Positions 10,948-22,331 of a stretch of 64,000 bases of DNA are shown here, piece by piece. The translations under genes were made by a program, and so were the position numbers. The first letter of the stretch is position 1; each line of letters opens with the position of its first letter. This DNA comes from Blepharisma stoltei ATCC 30299 (Eukaryota; Protista; Ciliophora): contig CBFDEM010000011.1 of NCBI GenBank assembly GCA_965603825.1, positions 248,001 through 312,000 of the forward strand, in the 5' to 3' direction. The notes under the pieces were generated by a model. It was not told the origin of the DNA, did no database searches, and worked only from the letters and a program-made list of their open reading frames with translations.

Positions 10948-12339
10948 TTAAATATCTCTTTCTTTTAAGCTCACAACTTCAAAGCCTAAATACCTTATGA
11001 TATCATCTTCAGTTTTTGCCTTCACCACAGTTTTCCCATTAGAAAGCCTCCAAAGACCAGTATTTGACAATCTCAGCCCTCTTTTTTTCGCTTCTGATCT
11101 TAGCAATATGTTATAATCCATAGATCCTGTGAAATATAAGATCGCAAAAGGATATTCTTCATGGGTGCATAAAAAGATATCGAATCTTCTATGTGGCTTA
11201 TCTCCAAGCTTTACAATTCCCATATATTTGTGTTTTGCATTAGTAAAGGAATATTTTGTAAGTCCAGATCTTTCTAGCTCAACTATAAGATTAGTTAATG
11301 TATTTGTTTTGTCACTTGCAATAACGACGTCAATGTCATCTATTAATTCTCTTCCGCGTCTATATGAGCCACAGATTTCCATTTCTGCATCCTCATCTAT
11401 AGCTTTTAATTTTTCTTTGACAATGTTTGCAATTTCTTCAATTTCGTCTCTAGGAACTTTAAACTTTAATTCATCATATAGATCAATCGCTACTTTTTCA
11501 TTGTCAGTGAAATATTCAGGGTTTTCTTGATTATATCTTTTGATGTCATCAATCGTTCTGAGACCTTTTTCATATAATTCTTCAGCTTTTCTGGGTCCAA
11601 TTCCGAATATATTCTCTAATTCCCCTAAAGATTTGACATGTGTGTCTTGTTGTAATTTTTTGGTTCTTTGTAGATATCCATTTTTTAAAATTTTATCTAT
11701 TTTTCTGAGGGTTTTATCCCCAATTCCTTTAATATTTTCAAGCTGGCTTGCATCTGTAACTTTATAAGGCAGCATTTTTAATATTCTTATAATCTTATTA
11801 TATGCAATTGCTCTGCCCCTATCTCCTGATGATTCATAATATTTTTTCAACTTATTTAGTTCACTTACCAAATTTTCATTCTTATTTTCAACTTTGGTTC
11901 CAGGAGGCTCTTTTTTCTCTTTTGTTTTCCCTTTTACAGCCTTTTTTGGTGGCAAAGGCTCCATTACTTCAGCTTTCCTTTTGAATGCTTTTTTTGTGGT
12001 TTCTATTTTACTTGATAGTTCTGGGTCTTCCCATTTATATTCATCAATAGGTAGCACTCTTTTATAAATAAATGATAAATTTGCCCAGTCTGGCTTAACT
12101 ATTTTAAGTCTTCTCAAGGATTTTATATTGAGCTTTTTTTGTAATGCATCTTTTTGGATTGCGTCAGGGACAATTATATGTGTATAAGTGCTAATGTTTT
12201 GTAATGGGCTATTTTCTAAAATTTCAGCATTTCCACCATTCTTTGTAATCTGTTTTTTTATTGTATCAGCTGCTTGAGCAGTGAATCCATGCACTTTTGA
12301 AATTATTAGAGCATTGATATCTTTAAACTTTTCTGACAT
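10948..12339 (-). CDS. Family X DNA polymerase (lambda/beta-like) with N-terminal BRCT-like domain
   Basis: BRCT-like THII...VKPDW...EY, HhH motifs GIGDKT and GIGPRKA, catalytic GSYRRG...DIDV, RRFDI, YFTGS. Confidence 0.92.
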   Translation of the reverse strand: MSEKFKDINALIISKVHGFTAQAADTIKKQITKNGGNAEILENSPLQNISTYTHIIVPDAIQKDALQKKLNIKSLRRLKIVKPDWANLSFIYKRVLPIDEYKWEDPELSSKIETTKKAFKRKAEVMEPLPPKKAVKGKTKEKKEPPGTKVENKNENLVSELNKLKKYYESSGDRGRAIAYNKIIRILKMLPYKVTDASQLENIKGIGDKTLRKIDKILKNGYLQRTKKLQQDTHVKSLGELENIFGIGPRKAEELYEKGLRTIDDIKRYNQENPEYFTDNEKVAIDLYDELKFKVPRDEIEEIANIVKEKLKAIDEDAEMEICGSYRRGRELIDDIDVVIASDKTNTLTNLIVELERSGLTKYSFTNAKHKYMGIVKLGDKPHRRFDIFLCTHEEYPFAILYFTGSMDYNILLRSEAKKRGLRLSNTGLWRLSNGKTVVKAKTEDDIIRYLGFEVVSLKERDI

Positions 12340-12616
12340 TATTTTTTAATTGAAAAATAAGACTTTACGTTTAGGATTTTATTTATTTGAATGGCTATCA
12401 ATCTCCTGATACTCATTTTATTAGTTTATCTAATTTTGTTATTGCCAGAATCAATAAGTATGGCAAATATTAAAAATCATCATTTTAAGTCAAAAATTTA
12501 ATTATAATCAAGATGAGATTGAAATAATTGGTTCTATATAAATTTTTATTACACTATCTTAGGCTTCTAAAGAGCTAAATAATACTCGTTTCCTAAAAAA
12601 TAATTCTTATTTACAA

Positions 12617-14020
12617 TTAGCTATTATCTTTTGCAACTATAACTTTCCTAGACACAACAACTGGTTCTGACCCAAATGAAGATCTCCGAACTTGTTTATT
12701 ATTCACTCCATCTTTGTTAACTGGCGAAGCATCTTTAACTTCTTCATCATACAAAAAAGCAGCAGTATGGTTAACTCTAGGGATATCAGGTAGATTTCTT
12801 GATATAGCTGCTCCTTCTCTTGACCCTCTTTTGACTCTCTTGAGCCACTTGTGATTCAACGCATCCTTAGCTGACAGTCGTAAGTCAGGATCTGGCTGGC
12901 ATAATTTCAATACCAGGTCGACTGCATCTTTTGAAACTTTTTTCCAATGTTTTTGTGAAAAATACACAATCCCTTGTTTGTTGGATTTTAAAATTTCTTT
13001 TGTATTCCTACCTGGAAAAGGAGATCTCCCAGACAGAAGCATAAATAAGCACACACCGATCCCAAATAAATCAATTTTCACTCCATATGTCTGTTTTCTC
13101 AATATTTCTGGTGCTATATACCCAGGAGATCCACAGCGTAAAGTTTGATCATTTTCATTACAAATTCCAGCCAAGCCAAAGTCAATTAATTTAAATTTCG
13201 CTGGATTTTCTGAACAAATCATTATATTTTCTAATTTGATATCTCTGTGAACTATATTTTTTGAATGAAGATAATTAAGGGTCAGAAGCAGTTCAAATAG
13301 AAATTCAGATGCTTTTCTTTCAGAAAAAGATTCAACTTTAAATATTTTTTGAAGCATATTAGTCCCTGGGGCATAGTCCATTATCAGATGAATATGGGAC
13401 TTACTCTCGTAAACTTTGTATAGCTTTGTGACATTATGATGGTCAATTGTTCGCAGGATTTCTATTTCATTTGCAACAGCCCATACTGCTTTCATATTTG
13501 AGAGCGAAGATTTGTCGATTGATTTGAGGGCGTAGTTGTCATAAGAATCGAGATCGTCTACTAGGTAAACTGTTGCGTAGCTACCTTGTCCTAGAGTTTT
13601 TATTATTGCGTAGTCGTCTTCTACTTCAGTTAAAATCGATACTTTTGATAAAATGTTAACCCAACGGTCTAGCTCTTCAGTGTTTTCTGTATAAAAATCC
13701 TGAAAAATTTCATTTTGATAAAGCTTGAAGCCTGATCTAGTTTCTAATGAATTGGCTTCTAAAAAAGCTTCTAGGATTTTCCATCTGATATTTGACACTG
13801 ATTCTATCTCATTGCTGTTTACTTTATATTTATATAGTGAAGTAGTTGTCAGTATAAAATATTGGGATACTAGGTTTCCTTCAGAATTTGGCATAAGTAG
13901 GTAACCTTGATGAAGTTTGTTTGAAGATGTATCAGATAGGGATTTCTCATCTGGATTGTGCCAAAACTCTTGCGACTTGTTGGCATCTTCATCGATTTGT
14001 CTAAATATTGATAAAAACAT
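12617..14020 (-). CDS. CAMK-group Ser/Thr kinase with N-terminal PH-like domain
   Basis: LGQGSYATV, YALK, HRDIKLEN, DFG, CGSPGYIAPE. N-terminal YFIL...LY.Y and EELDRWV are PH-like. Confidence 0.93.
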   Translation of the reverse strand: MFLSIFRQIDEDANKSQEFWHNPDEKSLSDTSSNKLHQGYLLMPNSEGNLVSQYFILTTTSLYKYKVNSNEIESVSNIRWKILEAFLEANSLETRSGFKLYQNEIFQDFYTENTEELDRWVNILSKVSILTEVEDDYAIIKTLGQGSYATVYLVDDLDSYDNYALKSIDKSSLSNMKAVWAVANEIEILRTIDHHNVTKLYKVYESKSHIHLIMDYAPGTNMLQKIFKVESFSERKASEFLFELLLTLNYLHSKNIVHRDIKLENIMICSENPAKFKLIDFGLAGICNENDQTLRCGSPGYIAPEILRKQTYGVKIDLFGIGVCLFMLLSGRSPFPGRNTKEILKSNKQGIVYFSQKHWKKVSKDAVDLVLKLCQPDPDLRLSAKDALNHKWLKRVKRGSREGAAISRNLPDIPRVNHTAAFLYDEEVKDASPVNKDGVNNKQVRRSSFGSEPVVVSRKVIVAKDNS

Positions 14021-14362
14021 TGTGGTTTTATTATTTTTTGGTTTTATTTACAGTAAATATTAAAAAAGTAATTAATATTTAGAATGAAAAAAAACCTCAA
14101 AACTGGAAATTATATCATTTTAGGAATTAACCTTTGTTCTGGGCATATAAAATCTTGAAATAATAAAGGAAATCGCATTTAAATGACTTTTACTCAGTTA
14201 ATTAAACGTTAAGCAATTTTATTTTTTAGATTATATATCTTGAATTCCGTTATATTTTCAAATTTATCTGTCCAAAGCTGGATGAAACTTTTGACTACTT
14301 TCCAAATTTAATGTTGAAAACTGCATTATAAATTTTAATTTATTATTTTAAAAACAATATAA

Positions 14363-15883
14363 ATGACTAATAAAATATTAGATTCTGCTAAACTAGCCGA
14401 AATCACGAACTTAAAGAGCAAATATGACAAATTATTATGTAAAAAATACCAAACAACTACTAAAAAAGCACTGCTCAGCCTAATAAATTCACTAGCAAAA
14501 GAGCTTCAACAAGTCAAAATGTCTATGATTTCAGATACAATCAAATTAATTTCCGACTTAAATATAGCTTTATCTAAAAATTTGCAAAAAATAAACGATC
14601 AACTTAACATCTGCAAGAACTTGAGAAATGAAATTTTATCAGCTGGAGAAAAGTTCAGCTGAGAAGCCACGAATACTCAATCATTGCTATTTAAGAATCC
14701 AGGAAAAGCTGTCTATTTATTTAGTAAAGAATGAAAAGAAATTTTTGCGTTCTTACCTGAAGATTCTTTATCAAAAATAGAGTATAATCATGACACTCTA
14801 TATCCTGGCTTTCTAGTTCGTATGAGGTCGAAATTGAATGAAAATGAATTGAAAATAAAGTTCTATAGGGATCTGATTGAAAATGATAAAAAATTGGGGA
14901 ATATATGTGATGAGGATCCGAAATGAATAATCGATAAAATTACCAATGCTCAAGAGAATTTAAGCAGCTATAGCAAAAATGGAATTTACTCATATCTATG
15001 CAAATATGAATTTTCTTTTAAAGAGCGAGTTTGCTGCTTATCAAATACAGTTAATAGAATTTTTGAAAAATATGAGCCGATTGTAAAGAAAAGCCTGTCC
15101 GATAAAATTATTAATATTTCTAAATGCCTTAATTTTGGCTTATCGAAGGATATCTATACAAATTTAGTATTTTTTGATATTAAGTCTGAGATGCAGATGC
15201 ACAAAACAGTAGATATGCCCAACGCACTTGACGAATCCTCATATATAATTCAGCTTCCCAATAATAAATTACTTTGCCATAGGGAAAAGCCTAACCCTCG
15301 CAACTGATACATAATCGACACCTTGACATTTAAATACAGAATTCTACCAAACAGCTTTTTATGTTGATTTTTAGGAGGAGTTTACCATAATAATTCCATA
15401 TATATATTTGGAAAAAATGCAGCAAAATTAAATTCCGCATTAGAATTTGATATGAATGTAAATAAATGAAAGAAACTCCCAAATTTGCCTATTTCCCATT
15501 TTAGATGTTCATGCATTGCTTTTAGCAATTCTATTTTGATCTGTGGAGATATTGCAGTTTATAAGTTTGACACTAAAATTGAAAGCTATTCTACAATAGT
15601 TACTGCTGATAACCTAGAGGTTCGCCCAAGATTTCTGATGGAAGGAGGTAGAAGGGCATATTTAATTGATTTTAAGGGGATGATCTATGAAAGTAATGTA
15701 GAGGATGAATATAGCTGAAGTTTATTTTGCAGGTTTTTAGGAAAACCTAGATTGGGATTCTCATATAAATGATCAGATAATTCGGTATGGTTTGGGTTTT
15801 CAGATAAATTAGGGCTGGATTATTATAAATTGAGCATAGATAAAAAACAAGTCAAAAAGATAGAAGCAAAAGGCATAATTTAA
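14363..15883 (+). CDS. Coiled-coil plus Kelch-like beta-propeller protein (506 aa)
   Basis: Single frame with 8 TGA(Trp) and no TAA/TAG until 15881. Kelch-like YHNNSIYIFG...FDMNVNKWKKLPNLP, in which the conserved W is TGA. Confidence 0.8.
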
Positions 15884-16261
15884 AGTATTTTCATCAAATT
15901 TACTAACTGAAATTGAATATAAATTATATAAGTTAATATTTTAAAGAAACTTAATAAATATTTAACAAAGAAATGTTTAGACCTTAAATAAAAAATTTTC
16001 TAAATACAAATTGTGCAAATATATTAACTAGCAAGCTCTATATGAATAGTTTGTGCATTTTATAAAGTTTATCCATTTATGAATTTTACTATTCTTGATA
16101 GCAAAAATCATCTGGTTCCTTACTCAAAATATCTAGGCCATTCTAAAATTTCTTTATTAATTTAAAATTTACTTCCCTTTTGTCTTAATTTCTATCGCCA
16201 CATATATTTTCATTAGCTTTATTTATCTCTGTCTTCCCTATTTATTATTTAGCGGTGTGAA

Positions 16262-19200
16262 ATGGAAGGTGTGTCTGAGGCCCAAATTCAAAGCGTTCTA
16301 GTCATGCTTACAGCTGTTCTGAGCCCAAATAACGAAGTAAGAAAACAACAAGAAGCCCTTCTTATGCAGCTTCGCAACGAGCATCCTAATGAATTTGTTC
16401 TTTGTCTCTTGCATATCCTTAGACACTCTCCAGATTTCTCAATCCGCTCATTGGCATCACTTATCCTCCGTCAGCTTTTCACATCTCTCCACACAACAAC
16501 AAAGGTTTGGGACAAATTAAGCGCCCAAGTCCAAAACTCCACCAAAACCAGCCTTCTAGAATCACTCGAGCAAGAATCCTCATGGTCGATTCTTAAGAAA
16601 ATCGGCGAAGTAATTGCAGAGCTTGCAGTTTTGCTATTCGCTGAAGATGAGAACGGAAAATGGGACGAACTTCTTCCATTCCTCACCAGAAATCTTGCTG
16701 GGCAAGGAAAACAAGCAGCAGCTGCTTGCCACATTTTAGCAGGTCTCTGCACATTTTTCAATGAGGAGCTGGCTAAAGAAAAGACAAGTCTCAAGCAGAT
16801 CTTTTTAAACCATTTGTCAAGCAACGAAGTCGAGCTGAGACTTTCCGTGATTGATTTTATTGGCAATTTATTAGGAATTGCTGAAAAAGATGATATGAAA
16901 TTTTATTGGGACATTATTCCTAATATACTAATTTCAGCAGTCTGGATCATTGAAAACCACCAAACACACGCAGACGAAGTCTTGAAAAATCTCAGAGATC
17001 TCGCTGAGACAGAACCAAAATTCTTTAAAGGTCGCATACAAATTGCTTACGAATTTGTTGACAGAGTTTGTAATTTACAAACTGAGAATTTAGGGATCAA
17101 ACACTTGTCGTTGGAATTTATTGTAGCTTTGGCTGGAAGACTTCATAAGGAATTTCAAGAGAAAAAAGAAATTGCAGTAAACCTTTGCACAAAAATATTC
17201 CAGACAATGATCAGCATTGATGAAGAAGTTGACCCAGCTTGGGCTTGCCCTGCAGAAGGCTTTGAAGAGCCTGATGATGAGGAAGAAGAAGGAGTAGAAA
17301 TTGATTATGCCAAGCTTGGGAGAAAACAATTGACTAGCATGATTGAAGGGGTAGGAGAATCATTTTTGCTTCCGACTGTATTAGGATTAATTCAAACTGC
17401 GCTTACAACTCCGTCAGAAGACTGGAGAATTAAATATGCAGCTCTTATGACTATTTCAGAGCTTGGACAGTTTATTGAAGAATCTGAAAAAATTGCTGAG
17501 CTGGTACCAATTCTTCAAGCCCATACAAATCAAAGCTTGAATGCTAAAATCAGATATGCGGCTTATCATTGTTTAGGACAACTCAGTGAAGACTATGAAG
17601 AAGAATTCCAATCAGCTCACCATCAAATTGTTGTGCCACTTTTAGCAGCAGGTATCGCTGACCCAGTACCAAGAGTTGCTGCCAGTGCTGCAGATGCTTT
17701 AGGAAAATTCATGGAAAACTGTGGCCCGACCTTAGTCTCAGAGCACATAAACTCAATAATGCCAATAATCATTGAAAAACTAGGCCAACAAAACTGCTCA
17801 ATTGTCATTGAAGAACTTTTAATTGCAATTTCTGACATTGCTGACTCTGGTAAAGAATGCTTTAACCCTTACTATCAGCCACTGATGACAATTTTAATAA
17901 GACTTATAAGAGGTTATACAGCTAAAGAGTACCAAAGAATCAGAGGAAAAGCTATTGAAAGCATGACCATGATCTGCACATCAGTTGGGAAAGAGTTATT
18001 TGCCCCTTATGTAGCTGAAACAATGGGGATGCTTAAAGAAATTCAAGACTCTACTACAGATACAGACCCTCTTAAAGCTTATCTTTTAGGAGCCTGGCAA
18101 AGAATCGTTGCGACTTTGCAAGCTGACTTTGCTCCTTACTTACAAGGAATTCTTCCAGGGCTATTGAGCGCTGCTAGTGCCACTGCTATAGTATCAGTCG
18201 AATCTGAGCCTGATGCCTTAGTTGACTTAGCATCACTTGTATCTGAAGCTTCTAAGAAAGTATCAATTAATACCACAGATCTAGAAGACAAAGACTTAGC
18301 ATTACACGCATTAATTACCATTATAGATGTCCTTAAAGAGTTATACGCCCCATATGCCGAGCAAACTACATCTATTGTGCTCCCACTGGTAAACTACACT
18401 CCTAACGAGCACATCAGGCAAGCAGCTGCCACCTTATGTGGGTCACTTATAGGCTCAGTTAAAGCTTTAAACACCCCTGAAGCAGACCAAATCGTCATAA
18501 ACATGGCCAGACTGTTCTTAGGAGCTCTCTGGCAAGCTACTGCAGTTGAGCTTGATACAGAAACTATTGTAGCTCAATTAGGAGCTATCAAAGTGGTCAT
18601 TGAAGCTCCAAGGCACAAATTCATGTCTGCTGAAGAAGTCACGGCATCTGGAGAAAAACTTATAAAAATGCTAGAAAGCTCTTTAGAAAGAAGGGCCAGG
18701 AACAAAGCATTGGACTTGGGATCTGATGACAGTGAAGATGAATTAATCAAAGAAATCAATAAAAATGAAGAAGATTCATTACATACACAAATTTCTGAGG
18801 TTTTAGGGTCTTTATTCAAAACCCACAGAGAGTTTTCATTGGAGATTGTGAATTTCTTATATTCGCATGTGCTGAGCAAGTTTTTGGCTCCTGATACCAC
18901 TGATGAGGATCATAAATTCGCAATTTTTGTCATTGATGATGTTGTGGAATTTGTAGGGCAAGATTTGGCTGGAGATAAATGGAACTCTTTGGCAGAAGCG
19001 CTTGTTAGGTTTACTGCTGATGCCAATGATGCAGTTAGACAAGCAGCATCATATGGGATTGGAATTTTAGCTATTTATAGCAATTCAGCTGCGTTCGCTC
19101 CATGGACTGAACAGATACTAGTCGCATTAGATAAATCAATAAATTTCCCAATGGGAACCGGTAAAAAGTCACATGGATATGCCAAAGATAACGCTATCGC

Positions 19201-19564
19201 AGCACTCGGAAAAATCATAAAACATCAATCAGGAAGCATCAATTCAGCTGCAATTGTACCAGTTTGGATCAATTTACTGCCTTTGAGACGTGATAAAGAA
19301 GAAGCAAAAATAATGCATGATTTGTTAGCTGATGTTACAATTGGAAACATGAGCTTGGCTATTGGAGAAAATCATGAAAGACTAGAACATGTCGTAAAAA
19401 TCTTTGCAGAAATTCTTGAAACTAAGCTTGTTGCCAACGAAACAGTCCCTAAAATTAAACAAATCATTCAGATGATGCAAAGTGCAGGAATCCCAACTTT
19501 GCCACAAATCTGGGCATCTTTAACGGATATCCAAAGATCAAAATTGACTAAAATAATGGCCTAA
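16262..19564 (+). CDS. IPO5: Importin-5/Kap121-type karyopherin beta (HEAT repeats)
   Basis: 1100-aa HEAT protein with SPNNEVRKQQE, W.ELLPFL, PRVAASAADAL, RGKAIE, VRQAASYGIG, DNAIAALGKII, W...LP...D.EEA. Confidence 0.85.
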   Translation: MEGVSEAQIQSVLVMLTAVLSPNNEVRKQQEALLMQLRNEHPNEFVLCLLHILRHSPDFSIRSLASLILRQLFTSLHTTTKVWDKLSAQVQNSTKTSLLESLEQESSWSILKKIGEVIAELAVLLFAEDENGKWDELLPFLTRNLAGQGKQAAAACHILAGLCTFFNEELAKEKTSLKQIFLNHLSSNEVELRLSVIDFIGNLLGIAEKDDMKFYWDIIPNILISAVWIIENHQTHADEVLKNLRDLAETEPKFFKGRIQIAYEFVDRVCNLQTENLGIKHLSLEFIVALAGRLHKEFQEKKEIAVNLCTKIFQTMISIDEEVDPAWACPAEGFEEPDDEEEEGVEIDYAKLGRKQLTSMIEGVGESFLLPTVLGLIQTALTTPSEDWRIKYAALMTISELGQFIEESEKIAELVPILQAHTNQSLNAKIRYAAYHCLGQLSEDYEEEFQSAHHQIVVPLLAAGIADPVPRVAASAADALGKFMENCGPTLVSEHINSIMPIIIEKLGQQNCSIVIEELLIAISDIADSGKECFNPYYQPLMTILIRLIRGYTAKEYQRIRGKAIESMTMICTSVGKELFAPYVAETMGMLKEIQDSTTDTDPLKAYLLGAWQRIVATLQADFAPYLQGILPGLLSAASATAIVSVESEPDALVDLASLVSEASKKVSINTTDLEDKDLALHALITIIDVLKELYAPYAEQTTSIVLPLVNYTPNEHIRQAAATLCGSLIGSVKALNTPEADQIVINMARLFLGALWQATAVELDTETIVAQLGAIKVVIEAPRHKFMSAEEVTASGEKLIKMLESSLERRARNKALDLGSDDSEDELIKEINKNEEDSLHTQISEVLGSLFKTHREFSLEIVNFLYSHVLSKFLAPDTTDEDHKFAIFVIDDVVEFVGQDLAGDKWNSLAEALVRFTADANDAVRQAASYGIGILAIYSNSAAFAPWTEQILVALDKSINFPMGTGKKSHGYAKDNAIAALGKIIKHQSGSINSAAIVPVWINLLPLRRDKEEAKIMHDLLADVTIGNMSLAIGENHERLEHVVKIFAEILETKLVANETVPKIKQIIQMMQSAGIPTLPQIWASLTDIQRSKLTKIMA

Positions 19565-19683
19565 TCAGCCTTTTTATTAAATTCATTTTAATAGAGGTAT
19601 TAATTTATTTATTTACTCAAGCATAATTTAACGTTTTTATGTATAAAAGTTAATCGGTAAAACATATTCATGATTAAACAATA

Positions 19684-20448
19684 ATGTCTAAGCTAGATTT
19701 AAAGAGCTCGCTCAAGCTGATTTCGACGTTAAAATCTTCAAGATACAATGAAACACTCGAAAGTTCACTATGTACAGAATGCGAGAACAGTTTTCTCCAA
19801 GAAACCAGCTTTAACAGTGACATTGACATGGAAATTAGAGCAGAAATAGAATCAAAATTTAAAAAATCTCAGACAAATACAAATTATGTATTTCCAAGAG
19901 AAATCCCTTTAGGGTCTTCAAAGAAGAAGCAAACAGCCAAATCATCAACAAGGCCAAAAAGTGTCTTAAGAAATATGAGCAAGTTGACAGTTGAAAAGCC
20001 ACTGAAATCTATGTCAAGAACTAATATTTCAAGTGAAGTTTCGACTAACAGATCAACTGCACACACACTGAGTCTTCAAAAATTGTAAATTTTATATAGA
20101 AAAAAGAAGCAGTTGAATTGTGAAACTAAATCAACTGTAAAGGCATTACTAAAAGTAAGGCACATTTCAAACCCAAAACAAAGGAATAATATTTCTCATA
20201 ATAGAACTAGAAGTGATGCTGTAAGAGCAAAAACTCCTATTTATTCAAACCAAAGGGAGCTTTCACCTGAAAAGTCAACAAGAGTCTTAAAAAACAAAGC
20301 TTTTAGCATAAAAAAACTCCCTGAGAACCCTTACAATTTCCCAGTCAAAATTATCCACCAAACACCTTTAAAAGCTAGCAAGCATAAATATGCACATTCA
20401 ATGGAAAATATAGCTCCTGGGAGTTCTGGGCGCAGTTATTTTAGCTAA
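19684..20448 (+). CDS. Basic, Ser/Lys-rich low-complexity protein of unknown function (2 exons)
   Basis: ORFs 19684-20088 and 20113-20448 are joined in frame by the 15-nt intron 20085-20099. Confidence 0.7.
20085..20099 (+). other. 15-nt intron GTAAATTTTATATAG
   Basis: GT-AG ends, A10, removes in-frame TAA and TAG. Confidence 0.85.
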
Positions 20449-20517
20449 TTTGTTAAATAATGATTCAATTATGATTTATTGCTCAGTTTTACCGTCTTTT
20501 AACTTGAAATATAATAA

Positions 20518-20814
20518 ATGGCATCTGCTTCACCAGAAGAAATCCGAGCAATATTAAGAGATGAAAGAAAACTGCATGATATAGCCAAGGCTGCCTTTGA
20601 TGCAGTGGATACTGATCGTTCTGGATTTATTGACGAGCCTGAGCTCAGAACTGTAATGTGCAGCGTTGCAAACGACATTGGGATGGATACTCCTTCAGAT
20701 AGTGACGTTAGAGATGTGCTCAGAGAGCTTGATACCAATAGAGATGGAAGAATCAGCTTGGATGAATTTAAAGTCCTTATTAGACAAGTCTTGGAACTCA
20801 TGGCATCGCAATAA
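20518..20814 (+). CDS. Small two-EF-hand calcium-binding protein
   Basis: Canonical loops DTDRSGFIDEPE and DTNRDGRISLDE. Confidence 0.92.
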   Translation: MASASPEEIRAILRDERKLHDIAKAAFDAVDTDRSGFIDEPELRTVMCSVANDIGMDTPSDSDVRDVLRELDTNRDGRISLDEFKVLIRQVLELMASQ

Positions 20815-22079
20815 AGAAACTAATAAAATTAACAAGTAATGTGAAGGGTTTAAATTAAAATCTTAGGGAAATCTTTTAGATTGTAGCGTAAATAGTGAGG
20901 ATTCTACAGAAAAGACATAAAATTGGATTTTATTTTTGGGAATAGCATGAGATTAAAATGCATTTATGCGATAATATTTATAAATTATATGAATTGTGAA
21001 TGCTTGAGCTTGGAGAATTTAAATGCATAGGAGCCAAACTGATTGAGGGAAGAGCCGTACGTGATCTGGTTGCCGTAGTTCAGTTGATTATTTTTGCCTT
21101 CGTTGTCGATCCTTTTCAGTCTTCCATTAATTCTTATAAATGCTTCAATAATTGCACGGCTCTCCCTTTTTCATTGGATTGGCCTATTTCTGAAGCTCAA
21201 TTCTCTATCCATGAACACTTCCAATCATTAACATCAAAAAGGTTTGCCGATGACTTATTGTTAGGTCTGTTGTTGGTTTGCATTTCTTCAAACAGTCATT
21301 ATAGTAATAATCAATGTGCCAGTTATGAAGTCTTAAGACAACAATCGAGTGCATCGATCATCATATCTTCGCCATTTTGAAGACGAAAGGCGTTGGTATT
21401 TTGATTTCAGTATTTTTAAGATTGTACCCTTCAAAATCTGTATTATCTAAGCGAGTGACAGAGTGCATCCTTCTAAACTCATAAACTAGATTGTTCCCTT
21501 TAATGCTAAGATCATTTTTAGCTAAGAAATATACCAGAATTCAATATCAAATTAACCATGAGAACTTCTTAAATTATGCAAGCTATCGTTTCTTTTCACT
21601 TTCTCTCTTAGTTACCTTCATTGCAGTTGCCTTACTTCAAGTTGCAGGATTATTATTCCATGAAAAAAGAGCTTCGGATTTGGATCAAGAAAAAAACTCC
21701 CTCTTAACAATTAAATTTGCTTTTCAAGAATATTTTACTTTTACTTTAATTTAATTAAATATCCATTTGTAAAGGATTAATATAATTAGTGATAAAATAT
21801 TCTTATCGTAATAATAAAGCGACTTTAATTTTTTCCCATTTATCCAGCTAAAATTTTTTATGTATCTCTTTTTCATAAATTAAAGTTACTTACTACCAAA
21901 TATTAATAAAAAAACATTAAAATGTCCTAGTAATTAATGAAAATATTACAATTATCAAGGATTATACATCATTCTGTATCGAAAATAAACAGAAAATACT
22001 TGCTCATTCTTATTTAGTTAACATCATTATTTATATAAATCTTCACAAATTACCCTAATTTACACGTTGAGTGCAAATA

Positions 22080-22331
22080 TTACATAAGAGTACAAGCACA
22101 ACTCCCTTGACTATGCTTTTTCCCTGATTTTTCTTCACTTTCTAAGGCGGATGCTGGAGCTTCAGCAGGACTGAATTCTGCTATTCGTACGTTGTGATAT
22201 TTGTCGGAAATTAGCCCAGCAGAATCGTCCCATGTAAGCTTATTCATTAACGACGTTTTGCTTTCTAGTAGGGTTGTAGCTCTTTTTGGGATAGTTGCGA
22301 TAGCAGAATGAGATGCAACGCCAGTGATCAT
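22080..22331 (-). CDS. Small (83 aa) protein with C-terminal CaaX-like end (SCACTLM)
   Basis: GC-richer open frame inside AT-rich DNA, ATG in AT-rich context, basic patch followed by a terminal CTLM. Confidence 0.65.
   Translation of the reverse strand: MITGVASHSAIATIPKRATTLLESKTSLMNKLTWDDSAGLISDKYHNVRIAEFSPAEAPASALESEEKSGKKHSQGSCACTLM

Noticed and set aside
16471-18900. Antisense and alternate-frame ORFs inside long genes (also within PolX, FYVE, UPF2, CFAP58, MON2)
   Set aside because: Ser/Phe/Leu-rich mirror images of E/K-rich sense codons with no independent motifs.
20990-21754. ORFs 21000-21380 and 21491-21754 and coding-like minus-strand fragments
   Set aside because: Non-ATG starts, no recognisable motifs, and multiple TAA/TAG on the minus strand. 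At most a decayed gene that I cannot identify.
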